Source: a virus
IMG/VR virus record: IMGVR_UViG_3300027833_000013
Span: 96,001 to 160,000 of that record
Direction: 5' to 3' (one strand)
Length of the DNA: 64,000 nt
Part shown: positions 12,001-19,551 of the stretch, piece by piece
Position numbering within the stretch: position 1 is the first letter of the stretch
Layout of the letters: each line of letters starts with the position of its first letter
The notes under the pieces: generated by a model
The model's input: the letters and a program-made list of their open reading frames with translations, nothing else
Told to the model about the DNA's origin: nothing
The model's database searches: none
Position numbers and translations under genes: made by a program

Positions 12001-13537
12001 TGCAGTAATTGATTATGGATTGTTTTACGCAACAGGTACTAACTTTAGTCAAGTTGCAAGTCAGACATTTGTAGCAGACGGTAGCACATTGACATATGCT
12101 CTTGTAAATCCACCAATAGGTAATAATCCAGTTGCTAATCAAACAATTGTTAAAGTTAACGGAACAATATTAGATGCAGGATATAGTGATAGACATGTTA
12201 TTAGCGCCAACGTACTACAATATCAATTACAGAATTGGCAGCTAGGATTAAACACGATTAGAGGCCAAGACATTGAAATTTACTTAGACGGCATTAAGTT
12301 AGTTAGGAATATCCAATACAAATGGGATTCTGCTAGTAATATAGTTAATATGACAGCTAACGTAGCAACTGCTGGACAAATACTTGATGTGTTCTTAATA
12401 GCTGATGGTGCATATGCATTTGGATATGTAGGAATTGAAGCCGGAGTAGATAGTTCAACTAAGTTTATTTCAACTCCTGGTACCATATACTTTGACACTG
12501 CTCCTGGAATAGATGCTGTTGTTGAAATAACTACATTTAGTAATCACGACATTCAAGATATTGAAAGAATTAAGTATAATGTAATTAGTAGAACTTCAGT
12601 ATCAGAGGGTACTGTAGACTTCCAAGAATATACATTATTAACAAACGGATTTGTAAAATTACGCAAGCCTGTTAACGATTCGAGATATGTTTGGGTAATA
12701 TTAAATGGAATACAACTAACCCCGGCAACTGATTATTATGTAACTGAAGATCAAATGCATATTAAAATTGTTAAAGCCATTAGTGCAAATGACATTGTTG
12801 AATTAATTCACTTTACTGCTACTCCGACTAGCCAAAAGTTTGGATTTAGACAATTTAAGGATGTGCTCAATCGTGTTCACTACAAGCGGATGGATGAAAC
12901 GAATAAGTATATGTTAAGCCAACCACTTAATTGGTATGACTTAAAAATTGAACTTTTAGATGCAACCGGGTTGCCGACCCCTAACAAGACATCGAAAATA
13001 CCAGGAGTGGTGTTTATTGATGGTGAGAGAATTGAGTACTTTGTGAAACAAAATAATACTTTAAGACAAATACGTAGAGGAACGCTTGGAACTGGTGTAA
13101 GTACACTATACCCTGCAGGAACTTCTGCAACGGAACAAAGTATTGGCCAAACAATTCCTTATACAGACGAAACACTTACACAAGTACTTACAGCAGACGG
13201 TACGTCTACTGCGTATGTATTAGATTTTATACCTAATAATGTAAATGAATTTGAAGTATTTGTTGCAGGCAAGCGTCTAAGAAAGAACGCAATATCAATC
13301 TTTAACCCAATTCTTGACTTAGATAGTCCCGAGGGCGACGAAACGGCAAACGCTGAGTTTAGCGTAGACGGTAATACTAGTACGTTAACACTTAGTGTTG
13401 CGCCATTAGAGAATCAAAAAATTATTATTATAAGAAAACTAGGCAAACTTTGGACAGACGCCGGAACTAGCCTAACTAGACAAGAAAATGACATTGCGAG
13501 GTTCCTTCGAGCGAAAGTTACGGAGCTAGTCAAATAA
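1..13537 (+). CDS. Giant virion structural protein (baseplate or tail-associated, >4500 aa), 5'-truncated by the window edge
   Basis: Frame is open from nt 2 (IIEFNAGLKLFEFG...) into the 158..13537 ORF. Contains seven FG-GAP-like blades (FGHSIAV, FGESVSF, FGDEIQ, FAQKFD, YADAIA, FGSAVG, FGKNLL), CBM5/12-like segments, GSGYxxAPTV segments typical of myovirus baseplate proteins, and F(T/V)(G/A)DGST beta-repeats. Lies next to fibre genes. Confidence 0.8.
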   Translation, partial: IIEFNAGLKLFEFGTEAKTENVDLIDTFTTDVFSTINGKEGYSIDGVDITDGMRILFTADTDLLVKDKIYKVKFIKHNSTVAQIALIEESDTLPIANQVALIIAGTNAGKQYYYNGYAWKLAQYKSTANQPPLFEIFDDLGYSYTDSSTYPVSDFIGNKLFSYKVGTGKADIELGFPITYKSLENVGDITFDFNLVTDSFNYQINNTPLSKNTDVGFCKVYTDITSFEYCNGWATTKTNTVQKVIRQYDVATAQADFAIDVYDKSGTLTDLTVAVQVNSAWRFDYTLVTVDNVKTVRFAIAIPANSSVVIKTNSNTIKNANGYYEFPHAMEKNPQNENLSSFTLGEVNDHVFSMLEDLPGFAGTFPGPSNLGNLGNINPYGKKFLQYAGSANISAYHITDKDANIIKAIDHARREYRKFKRSFMQVAETLGYDGPTKQHVDLVLKEVNKDKTKTDSYHFSDMVPYEGAKRLEFTVYDTENTFFSLSEKFSLDTLSSKALLVYQNGTQLIHNKDYTFNLDGFVVITATKAKDDLIEIYEFGNTDGCYVPSTPSKLGLFPTFYPTLISDSTYQTATNIIQGHDGSKTVAYNDYRDDLLLDLEKRIFNNIKAKYDTTRLDINDFVPGNDRNTKFTSVQVNNGMMFDFVQWTESLGNIDYSSSSDFYSRDNSFTWNYSQMASWDGTSLRGFWRAVYKSAYDTDRPHTHPWEMLGFSIMPTWWEAQYGPAPYTSDNLVLWEDLQEGRVNVPGASIKIINKYKRSNLLKHIPVNNSGQLLSPQDSGYTSGVVSNIDASFTFGDEAPAETAWRRSGEYPFSLIKSWVLNQPNKVIGLGFDTSRMKKSIAGQWIYTNSGKAISPKDILYPNTITDSNEVLTSGLVNYVIDYLTSEATSDVATYKSKFSLIKNQLGIKLGSFTDNEKLRFILDSRTPFNKGNVFLPKENYNIFLNKSSPLTVASYSGVMVEKAPKGFIVRGYDSTNPIFKYTIPKTSATDPTITVGGISEAFLDWDAGKRYLTGSNIKHNNVFYRVIDTHTSGNTFDTEYFQKIAQLPLTGGVTALYRRTFENTDTTVPYGTILDTVQDVVDFLLGYENYLTSQGFAFDYYNTEQQVVEDWKLSTKEFMYFTTQNWSAGTVISLSPAATRLRFKSNYAVVDDLYDSFYNYSILNANGQKVPETVTRLNREDGVFQMQLRDSVDGIYHAVLPQVQFEHVAVLDNVSDFKDVIYSPATGYRQERIKVLGYVASGWNGSLNIPGFVFDNAEVTEWESWTDYAISSVVKYKEFYYSARVDITGNEAFDSAVWVRLDKRPESKLMPNFDYKINQFADFYDLDSDNFDSEQQKMAQHLIGYQKRQYLENIINDDVSQYKFYQGMIADKGTRNSIDKLFDSLASADKDSVDFYEEWAIKSAQYGASTGFEEIEYQLDESKFKLEPQPIELVDVVPTATTDLTYRIPHHDVFLKPTNYETTRLPTKFLDTEYVKTVGYVTGDDVNRAVNSPAGILAFNPAELDKGAYVWVSSNSQSWDVLKHVNSDIIINTVSVDGPTVSLSCDKTVALEVGDIIGLYNVDQIVGTDSAPTVTEAFYTVSDVYNNTIEITSDNADWQKVETLTNINGIITKFISQRVATLATANDLSTTNLKSLEVIWVDDDDTGKWRVIKNSPVYSQAQTLKSSLSLDSTQHNFGHSIAVNKSNTLLAVGIPDKGNGEVHVFKRSSDANNLVFDQTITAPTSYVDTYDGSTEVTSQKFGESVSFSPDGKYLIIGSPHASNVKTAYKGDYVPGSDYNKNEIIKFGPNLFKAVAVIDGAVDSIPYTTFDSYPNLVSETDSTTLNLLQTGNYKLNSKPNTTHILVRAPKEAYEGSKTGDNIVLKWNNYSNINTQGCNVSVEPFDGQFPEITGALLSDIHPIVAKVENVLYIANFQNLPGIGQTVNSAVASGTVSYVGDSDGAAVVYVSDVNGTFAETGQIAIGNIAIGDYTEDYQNPTAEVGGYWMITTPAYETAADSSNVFTDPGHGLIYQDIIKQDSARTPNYYYNIQDTIQAIGAKVSANDQASFIESFTYEGDPNEVFAVQESNKWAIRVPKAFSDTKTAGDQFYLFLDDQSGIVDLAGTAFTFDITNKQHTINEVLDGYIDFVFDNFSTVTQLPFEPAIGDIVRDASSGATAEVAFYKRQFNDIRIYVKNVTGAWSLGDTYGQTADIIRNGTPNRTMGEIKAVSLGSSEVGKIFVIEETSNFASVATTQLLDKEYWIYDEIILQGIARSANVPSSNNNDWKQVNNILASNSSNASASGLLQEGMISVYTLNEIAQFDYDSSYVIPERQNYKRFGDEIQITQTGTGVKALYRVAVASGGNATESNPGSIHFIKHGSSNTVGNTYETYQWQLDINPLFKGQFTSTVFYKVNEIVNYNGILYSAKINIASGSAFVPSSWTELSNTTTHVGYIPSTPEQLLIGEDIYSPEGGIRDFAQKFDQDDAGEVLITSTKIQGNDSTGERAVNVYRQVNGQFTISQTITSPYIDVSTDTLTGYADAIAISADGTMIAIGEPYNNSIEIQQGKVYLYKLTNGTFTLSQTLFSHNNEVAEQFGSAVGFDGNQLAVTSLQGDIEIATTYDADTTYFDNKFTNFKKVNMDSGVIYIYERINNTLVYAEQFIFDDYDSMLFGKNLLVSNNHVYASMPRMTDYTTYQGMVVDYRKVLGKTAWVTHRSPLDQVDLTNIKSAFLYNTKTNTLISDIDIIDPVQGKIPGTAEQELSFKTYYDPASYNVGDASVVVDKLASWTNNTVGKLWWDLSAVKYYNYYQNDITYQTNFWAEVFPGTSIDVYEWVESNIIPSEWDSIADTEQGIASGISGLSKYGDTIYSQALVWDNIAATSTVKYFFWVLNKRTIPNVDFRLLSAQQVQTLIKDPAGSGYKFAALMSKDRFALFNVSNLINNKDVALNIRYWTTENKNQNVHNEYQLISQGVANSKPNKDIERKWFDSLIGYDIKDRLVPDPSLSVKTKYGIQDRPRQGIFVNREEALKQVVERVNDTLKKHIIVDEFDISNLVKSDPAPANSTLLFDAVIETFEDLQFLGIANKTIPTLTPTITDGEVVQVLITATGRGYIDPSYVSGTRKGPKITVNGIGTGAEVECTLNELGQIATVNIINAGEGYDENTTLTVRNFAALVTTDSNVSNKWSIYDLVDNKWVRRVSQRYDTNLYWKYADWYAPGYNNFTAVVDLISASYLLDSLVDNDIGDTVKIENVGSGGWLLLEKIDNQINVDYTVNYKTVGKQNATIQFIDTLYNVSKSKIGFDSNNYDTVFFDAQPVTETRIILETIRDNLFVDNLEAEYNTLFLASVRYAFSEQPNIDWAFKTSFVKAQHNLGDLAQKVTFKNDNLESYQTYINEVKPYKTKVREYVSSFTNTDLTSTTTADFDLSPKYDVAEGKITASNAKVSSTNVYGERDVSSYPDKHWFDNVGYKITSVDIGNKGTAYTLPPVVKFEGGGGTGATAKAFLNNGKLSEIKILTQGSGYISAPTVVLDGGLSDTGTIGRATAILGNGVVRGTKVSFKFDRVSGVPYITTLATTETFNGTGSKFNFDLKWPMDRKITNTIVVVSNIELLRSEYTFTNIKDTTKGYDRNIGRISFTTPPKLGTAISITYTKDTNLLDAQDRISLLYNPTTGMVGQDISQLMDGIDYGGVEIKSFGFEGSAGFDTDPFFTQTFDTYDNTYEDLVFQLDGSTATLIWTTPLEDGVIYNVYKNNVRIDDQYYNDSSEATNPNAKMLSIVGDGTQVELNIQDAGITGVDTDTFIIRKTTSDGSFKPDTTSYDTLLDGGTTLYDTARGIDAAEIVVDGDGFVTQTTNKGPEELVPGQVLDTLDLKVVHRPVEGGSTIYSDVYWTDGTTATFNLGGHPNSADAVFVRIDNVKVASTQYTVDYVTNTITFTTPPATRKLLNTIVLGSAGQKILDINTFTGDGSTIEFITNVEWQTGMTNFVNINGVSQEVTVFSAESSYGVDEGYAGLRFTTAPALDAVIDYGLFYATGTNFSQVASQTFVADGSTLTYALVNPPIGNNPVANQTIVKVNGTILDAGYSDRHVISANVLQYQLQNWQLGLNTIRGQDIEIYLDGIKLVRNIQYKWDSASNIVNMTANVATAGQILDVFLIADGAYAFGYVGIEAGVDSSTKFISTPGTIYFDTAPGIDAVVEITTFSNHDIQDIERIKYNVISRTSVSEGTVDFQEYTLLTNGFVKLRKPVNDSRYVWVILNGIQLTPATDYYVTEDQMHIKIVKAISANDIVELIHFTATPTSQKFGFRQFKDVLNRVHYKRMDETNKYMLSQPLNWYDLKIELLDATGLPTPNKTSKIPGVVFIDGERIEYFVKQNNTLRQIRRGTLGTGVSTLYPAGTSATEQSIGQTIPYTDETLTQVLTADGTSTAYVLDFIPNNVNEFEVFVAGKRLRKNAISIFNPILDLDSPEGDETANAEFSVDGNTSTLTLSVAPLENQKIIIIRKLGKLWTDAGTSLTRQENDIARFLRAKVTELVK

Positions 13538-13540
13538 ATA
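13533..13540 (+). promoter_or_regulatory. T4-late-like promoter motif AATAAATA
   Basis: 7/8 match to the T4 late consensus TATAAATA, overlapping the stop of the giant gene and just upstream of the next structural gene. Confidence 0.55.
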
Positions 13541-13561
13541 CATATAGCAGTGAGAGACAAA

Positions 13562-14167
13562 ATGACAGATAAATTAAATGATACATCAGGAATAGCAGTC
13601 CAAGGACACATTAAAATAAGTGATCCTAAAACTGGCGAAGTATATGTTGACAAGCGCAATGCAATTCATTATGAAAATATGAGTCTTGCACTTGCTGAAA
13701 GTTTAGCTAATGCAGGTAAAGGACCCATTTACGAAATGAGTTTTGGTAATGGCGGCACTAGTGTCGACCCAACTGGCATTATTACATATTTAACGCCTAA
13801 TAGTACAGGAACAAATGCTAGTTTATACAATCAAACATTTACTAAAGTAGTAGATGATTTAAGTACAAACAACACAGATCCTGTAAGAAACAAATTAGAA
13901 ACTAGGCACGTAAGTGGTACTAATTATACAGATATAATTGTAACGTGTTTGCTTGATTACGGCGAGCCGTCGGGCCAAGATGCATTTGATACTGCAACAG
14001 ATGCTTCGAGTACATATGTGTTCGACGAATTAGGATTAAAAAGCTATGATCCGGCGGGCGCAGGCAAATTAATTACACATGTAATTTTCCATCCTGTACA
14101 AAAATCATTAAATAGACTTATACAAATTGATTATACTGTACGAGTCCAAAGTTTGTCAGGAGCATAA
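13562..14167 (+). CDS. Virion structural or baseplate protein (~201 aa)
   Basis: ORF track 13550..14167. ATG at 13562 follows GAGAG. The beta-rich ...FDELGL...LITHVIF...IDYTVRV C-terminus resembles phage baseplate/fibre-base proteins. Structural-gene context. Confidence 0.6.
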   Translation: MTDKLNDTSGIAVQGHIKISDPKTGEVYVDKRNAIHYENMSLALAESLANAGKGPIYEMSFGNGGTSVDPTGIITYLTPNSTGTNASLYNQTFTKVVDDLSTNNTDPVRNKLETRHVSGTNYTDIIVTCLLDYGEPSGQDAFDTATDASSTYVFDELGLKSYDPAGAGKLITHVIFHPVQKSLNRLIQIDYTVRVQSLSGA

Positions 14168-14171
14168 TTAA

Positions 14172-16199
14172 ATGGCATATACTATTAACTTTACAGATTT
14201 TACAAATAAAGGTAGCATTACAGTTGAAGACAATACCTTAAATGTACAAACTAGTTTAAGTTTTCCTGGAAGACAGACTACTGCTTACGGTACTGCACTT
14301 AACGAAAACTTTTTACATATATTAGAAAATTTTGCAAACGTAACTGCACCAAGTAACCCTGTTGAAGGACAAATTTGGTACGATAATACTCCAGGTAGTG
14401 AACAGTTAAAAGTATACGACTCAACTCAATGGGTTGCATCCGGTGGCTTAAAGAAAGCACTAACATCGCCAGAGGCAGCAAACAGCGTAGTTGGTGATTT
14501 ATGGGTAGACACTGATAACCAACAGTTATATTTGTTCACTGGCTCTGGATGGGTATTAGTTGGTCCAGACTTTAGCGGAGGCCTTACTACAGGAGCACAA
14601 TCAGTTGAAATAGTAGGACAAGATAACATTGTGTACAATGCAGTACAAGTTGAAGTTGCGGCTAAACCAGTAGCAATAATTTCAACAGATAGTTTTACTC
14701 CTAAGGCAGTAATTAGTGGGTTTTCACAAATACAGCCGGGGATTAACTTATCTAACACAAATATTTCAGGTGACGGTATACCAAAGTTTGTAGGGCCTGC
14801 AGACCAAGCAGAAAACTTATTAGTTGGTACTACTAAAGTACCGGCAGCAAACTTTTTAAGAAGCGATGCAGTAAGTACAACAAACTTTCAAATTAAAATT
14901 AAAAATGATTCCGGACTATTATTAGGTAGCGGCAATCAGCTTGCACTTGAAGTAGAAGGCGAAGCTGGGGTAATTACACATAACACAAGTGGCAGTAATA
15001 TTGATATTAGAGTTAACAATTCTGGCACAACACAAACAGCAATTAGAATTGATTCAAATACAAACGTTGGAATTAACAACACTGCACCTGCAGAAAGTTT
15101 AGATGTAACCGGAAATATTAAGTTAAGTGGAAACGTATTTGTAGATGGCACTACAGCAAGTTCGAACTTTGGAAATGGCGCATTAGTTGTTAAAGGCGGT
15201 GTTGGCATTGCAGGCAATTTAAACGTTGGCGGCACATTTGATATTGACGGAATACTTACTACACAGAATGTAGCACCAGATTCGCCAAACGTAAGGAATA
15301 TTGGTAACACAGCAAACAAATATTTAGGTATATATGCAACTACATTTAACGGAAACTTGCTTGGTAATGTAACAGGTACAGTTAGTGGCAGAGCAGGTAG
15401 TGCTGATAAATTAGCAAGTAGTACAAACTTTCAAATGACAGGCGAAGTTATTGCTAATCAATTAGTATTTGACGGCCAAACAGGCGGCAGTACAAAGGTA
15501 TTTACGACTTCGGTATCAAACGCATTCATTAGTAATAAGACAAGTACAAATAACACTGTATCTGATGACGAATTCCTATTAAACCGAACAACAGGCACAA
15601 CTGGTCTTTATAGAGTTAGTAGAAATACACTATTAGCAAGTGTACCAACTAACCCAGTAGGTGTGTTAATGCCATACGCTGGTAGAACAGCACCTGCACA
15701 TTGGCTACTTTGTGATGGTTCAGAAGTACTACAATCAGATTATCCATTTTTGTTTACATTAATTGGGTTTGATTATAAGCAATCTAACTTGTTAAGCGAT
15801 AACGGCGTATTAAAATTTGCATTACCTGATTTAAGAGGCCGTAGTGCAGTTGGTTTAGATAATATGGGCGGCGATGCCGCAGGCAGAGTTACTGGATTAC
15901 GTGGTTCAGAAATTGGTAACAGTGCTGGTACAGAAGATGTAACAATTGGACTTAATAATCTACCAGAACACGAACACGATTTAGTTGTTGAGGGAACACA
16001 ATTTTACGCAATACTTGATGCGGCAAAAGGTGCAGAAAGTCCTGCTTCATCTATTACATACGACTCCCCAACAGGAAGCGGCCAAGGGCAAGCTGTTTCA
16101 ACTAGTGGCGGAGTAGCAGGCACAACGGGCACAGCAATAGATACAATGAATCCGTTTATGTCGATGAATTATATTATCTACACTGGAAACATAACATGA
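14172..16199 (+). CDS. Tail fibre or baseplate protein with C-terminal phage tail-collar domain
   Basis: PVGVLMPYAG..AP..WLLCDGS...FALPDLRGR is the tail-collar signature, followed by LPEHEH (HxH) and terminal MNYIIY. N-terminal ENF..LENF...P.NP.EGQ.WYD domain is shared with the next two genes. Confidence 0.85.
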   Translation: MAYTINFTDFTNKGSITVEDNTLNVQTSLSFPGRQTTAYGTALNENFLHILENFANVTAPSNPVEGQIWYDNTPGSEQLKVYDSTQWVASGGLKKALTSPEAANSVVGDLWVDTDNQQLYLFTGSGWVLVGPDFSGGLTTGAQSVEIVGQDNIVYNAVQVEVAAKPVAIISTDSFTPKAVISGFSQIQPGINLSNTNISGDGIPKFVGPADQAENLLVGTTKVPAANFLRSDAVSTTNFQIKIKNDSGLLLGSGNQLALEVEGEAGVITHNTSGSNIDIRVNNSGTTQTAIRIDSNTNVGINNTAPAESLDVTGNIKLSGNVFVDGTTASSNFGNGALVVKGGVGIAGNLNVGGTFDIDGILTTQNVAPDSPNVRNIGNTANKYLGIYATTFNGNLLGNVTGTVSGRAGSADKLASSTNFQMTGEVIANQLVFDGQTGGSTKVFTTSVSNAFISNKTSTNNTVSDDEFLLNRTTGTTGLYRVSRNTLLASVPTNPVGVLMPYAGRTAPAHWLLCDGSEVLQSDYPFLFTLIGFDYKQSNLLSDNGVLKFALPDLRGRSAVGLDNMGGDAAGRVTGLRGSEIGNSAGTEDVTIGLNNLPEHEHDLVVEGTQFYAILDAAKGAESPASSITYDSPTGSGQGQAVSTSGGVAGTTGTAIDTMNPFMSMNYIIYTGNIT

Positions 16200-18010
16200 G
16201 CTATAAATTAAATAAAACAGACGGAACTTTACTTGTAGATTTAATAGACGGATCGATAGATACAGCTAGTACATCACTTTCGCTAGTAGGCAGGAACTAT
16301 TCAGGATTTGGTGAAATAATAAATGAAAACTATATTAAGTTATTAGAGAGTTTTTCAAATTCATCAAGTCCACTTAACCCTATTGCAGGACAAGTTTGGT
16401 GGGACACATCAGATGCTAGATTAAAAGTATATACAGGAACAGCATTTAATCCAGTTGGTGCTCCGTTTGTGCAATCTTCACAGCCTAGCATGGTTGCTGG
16501 CGATTTATGGATTAACAATAACGAAGATCAGCTGTATTTCTTTGATGGTGCAGGTGTTCCTACACTAGCAGGACCAGCATATTCGTCACAACAAGGTAAG
16601 TCGGGCTTTATAATAGTATCAAGACTTGATACACAGAGCAGGAATAGAACATGTGCTGACTTATATGTTGGTGGAACGTTAATGGCTGTAATGAGTGCTA
16701 TTGAATTTACTCCTGCAACAGCGATTTCTGGTATAACTGGCAATGTTAAAAAAGGTATTAATGTTATTGATACTAATTCTTCAACAGGATTTACGTATCA
16801 AGGAGTTGCAGACAAAGCACTAAACTTAATCAAGGCAGATGGTACTTCTGTTAGTGCAGACAGTTTCCTTTCATCAATAGCAGACGGTTCAACAACCGGA
16901 TCATTGCAAGTATTAAACTCCAATGGTATTACAGTAGGACCAAATGCTAATCAGATTATGAAAATAGTCGGTAATAGCTTTGTTACAGAAAATGCTAGAA
17001 TTGATGATGACTATATTATTAAAGTTACTAGTTCTGCGGCAGGATCACAATCTATTGATGCAGTTCATATTGATACATCTAATAAGCGTGTCGGTATATT
17101 TCAATCTACTCCGTTACATACATTAGACGTAACAGGCGATATGCGTGTTACCGGTAACTTAATTGTTGAAGGAGCAAGCGCAAGCATTGACGTTTCGACA
17201 TTAAGAGTTGAAGACAAACAAATAGAACTTGCTATTACAAGTGATAGTACATTACTAAATGATGCAGGCGTTGATGATGCAGGCATACTAGTTAGAGTAA
17301 CTGGTGATGATAAGAGTTTTACTTGGAAGAATGCAACTAAAGCATGGACTTCGTCAGAGCACATGGACATTGTAACAGGCAAGTCATATAAAATTGGCGG
17401 AACTAATGTATTATCAGCAACAACACTAGCTAGTAGTGTAACAAGTGCAACAGGATTAACTACTGTTGGTACATTAGGTAACTTACAAATTGACAATACT
17501 AATATTAATGATGCTACTATTACAACAACTGCATTAGGATTAACAATTACTAGTGCCGATACTATTACTATTAGCAACAGTAGAAGAATTACTGGCGTAG
17601 GTGCGCCATCGGTTGGAGCAGACGTTACGAACAAAACGTATGTAGATCAGCAAATTGCAGGCTCTTCTATTGCGTTTGGTTTAGACATTACTGGATTGAA
17701 CGATACACAGATAGCACTAATCATTAATGACTTAGTTCCGGCAAGTGGCGTATCAAATGGCACAGTAGCTAGAATACACGGCACATCACTCGGCGGAGCA
17801 AATGTTACAGGTATTGATGTTACGGCAGTAACGACTAAATCATTCATAACAGTTGATAAAAACGGAACTGAAAATCAATCCGTTTTACAAGACATTGGAT
17901 TCACTAATGCAACAGGTACAGTAAGCGTAACAGTTACACGAAGTTTGAAGCAATTTATTACCTCCGGTGGTAATTGGACATTTGATCAAAACTTAACAAG
18001 TAGCGTGTAA
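16196..18010 (+). CDS. Tail fibre or baseplate protein, paralog of 14172
   Basis: Shared N-terminus (GRNYSGFGEIINENYIKLLESF..PLNPIAGQVWWD); S/T/G-rich; RVGI...P.HTLDV.G fibre repeat; ATGA overlap with the upstream gene. Confidence 0.75.
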   Translation: MSYKLNKTDGTLLVDLIDGSIDTASTSLSLVGRNYSGFGEIINENYIKLLESFSNSSSPLNPIAGQVWWDTSDARLKVYTGTAFNPVGAPFVQSSQPSMVAGDLWINNNEDQLYFFDGAGVPTLAGPAYSSQQGKSGFIIVSRLDTQSRNRTCADLYVGGTLMAVMSAIEFTPATAISGITGNVKKGINVIDTNSSTGFTYQGVADKALNLIKADGTSVSADSFLSSIADGSTTGSLQVLNSNGITVGPNANQIMKIVGNSFVTENARIDDDYIIKVTSSAAGSQSIDAVHIDTSNKRVGIFQSTPLHTLDVTGDMRVTGNLIVEGASASIDVSTLRVEDKQIELAITSDSTLLNDAGVDDAGILVRVTGDDKSFTWKNATKAWTSSEHMDIVTGKSYKIGGTNVLSATTLASSVTSATGLTTVGTLGNLQIDNTNINDATITTTALGLTITSADTITISNSRRITGVGAPSVGADVTNKTYVDQQIAGSSIAFGLDITGLNDTQIALIINDLVPASGVSNGTVARIHGTSLGGANVTGIDVTAVTTKSFITVDKNGTENQSVLQDIGFTNATGTVSVTVTRSLKQFITSGGNWTFDQNLTSSV

Positions 18011-18011
18011 C

Positions 18012-18019
18012 GATAAATA
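18012..18019 (+). promoter_or_regulatory. T4-late-like promoter motif GATAAATA
   Basis: Intergenic, 24 nt upstream of the ATG of a fibre gene. Confidence 0.6.
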
Positions 18020-18043
18020 TAATAGACAAAGGGTTAAAAACAC

Positions 18044-19513
18044 ATGGCATACACAATTAATAGATACGCAGGTACTACTTTAGCTACTGTACAAGACGGA
18101 ACAGTAGATGCAACTTCCGATTTACGGTTTGTAGGTAAGAACTATGCAGGTTACGGTGAAATACAGAATGAAAACTTCTTATTCTTACTTGAAAATTTTA
18201 GTGGAGCATCACAACCACCAAAGGCTATATCAGGACAAGTTTGGTATGACAGTGCAGTACAAAAATTAAAGTTTTATAATGGTACTAAATTTAAAAATAC
18301 CGGCGGAGCAGAAGTATCGGCGACACAGCCAGTTGGATTAACATCAGGCGACTTTTGGTGGGATAGTGGTAACAATCAGTTATATGCATATGACGGAACA
18401 TCATTTATATTAGTAGGACCACAAAGTACAGGTAGTGGCGTTACACAGATGCAAAGTAAAACTGTTAAAGATACTACGTCAACAAATAGAAGTGTTATTG
18501 CCGCGACAATTAACGATGAAGTAGTTTATTTAATCAGTAGTATTGAATTTACTATTGATAGTACAGATGCATCAAATGCAATTACAGGATTTGATGTAGT
18601 TAAGAAAGGCCTTACTTTAATTAACACTACAGTGGCCACAAACGGAGTTACAAGTTCTGATCATGTGTATCATGGCACGTCATCAAACGCATTAAGATTA
18701 GGTGGAAATTTAGCAAGTGATTACTTACTAAGTTCTTCAGGTTCATTTACAGATGTTGTACGTTTTGCAGATACTGGATATTCAGTAGGCGATAGTAATG
18801 ATTTGCTTATTAAAATTGAAAATGGTAATGACGGTGTAATTGGCAACCAAGTGGGCACTAACAGTATTATTAAAATAAAAGCTAATAATGCATCAGGTTC
18901 ATTAACTCATTCTGCAACATTTACAGCATTAGGAATGACCCCTGCAAGTACTAACGCATTTGACATCGGAGCGTCGGGCAATGTATGGGCTAACGTTTAT
19001 GCAACAAACTTACAAGGTAATGCAACAACTGCAAGTGCTTTAAAATTAAGCGGAACTGTATATACTCCAAATGCTTCGGCAATTGCAAATACAGCGGCAA
19101 TTAGAGATGCATCAGGTAACTTAACAGCAAACTTATTCCAAGGCATTGCAACACAAGCACGTTATGCTGACTTAGCAGAGAAATACACAACAACAGAAGA
19201 ATTGCCAGCAGGTACAGCAGTAGCAGTAGGCGGCGAAGCAGAAGTTCAACCAGCAGTAGCAAGTAATCATTGCATTGGAGTTGTTTCAACTGATCCGGCA
19301 TACATGATGAACAGTGAAGCAGAAGGTCAATATATTGGACTTAAAGGACGTTTACCAGTAAGAGTAAAAGGCCTTGTTAAAAAAGGCCAAGCTGTATATG
19401 CATTAGACAATGGTGTATGTACTACACTTTCAACAACGGCACTGGTAGGAATTGCACTTGAGTCAAGTGATGACATAAACGAAAAATTAATCGAGTGTGT
19501 TTTAAAAGTATAA
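18044..19513 (+). CDS. Tail fibre protein with C-terminal peptidase-G2/intramolecular-chaperone-like domain
   Basis: Shared N-terminal domain (GKNYAGYGEIQNENFLFLLENF..GQVWYD); C-terminal ARYADLAEKY...IGVVST.PAYMMN...GRLPVRVKG.VKKG pattern. Confidence 0.75.
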   Translation: MAYTINRYAGTTLATVQDGTVDATSDLRFVGKNYAGYGEIQNENFLFLLENFSGASQPPKAISGQVWYDSAVQKLKFYNGTKFKNTGGAEVSATQPVGLTSGDFWWDSGNNQLYAYDGTSFILVGPQSTGSGVTQMQSKTVKDTTSTNRSVIAATINDEVVYLISSIEFTIDSTDASNAITGFDVVKKGLTLINTTVATNGVTSSDHVYHGTSSNALRLGGNLASDYLLSSSGSFTDVVRFADTGYSVGDSNDLLIKIENGNDGVIGNQVGTNSIIKIKANNASGSLTHSATFTALGMTPASTNAFDIGASGNVWANVYATNLQGNATTASALKLSGTVYTPNASAIANTAAIRDASGNLTANLFQGIATQARYADLAEKYTTTEELPAGTAVAVGGEAEVQPAVASNHCIGVVSTDPAYMMNSEAEGQYIGLKGRLPVRVKGLVKKGQAVYALDNGVCTTLSTTALVGIALESSDDINEKLIECVLKV

Positions 19514-19516
19514 ATA
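19509..19516 (+). promoter_or_regulatory. T4-type late promoter TATAAATA
   Basis: Exact T4 gp55 consensus, overlapping the stop codon and upstream of 19552. Confidence 0.65.
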
Positions 19517-19551
19517 GTTATATACGTATATATAAAAGTAAGGAAGAATAA

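Noticed and set aside
812-19301. Many short minus-strand ORFs and a few alternate-frame ORFs within the structural genes
   Set aside because: They are fully nested in long, motif-bearing + strand genes and are typical antisense shadows of biased codon usage, with no RBS or motifs
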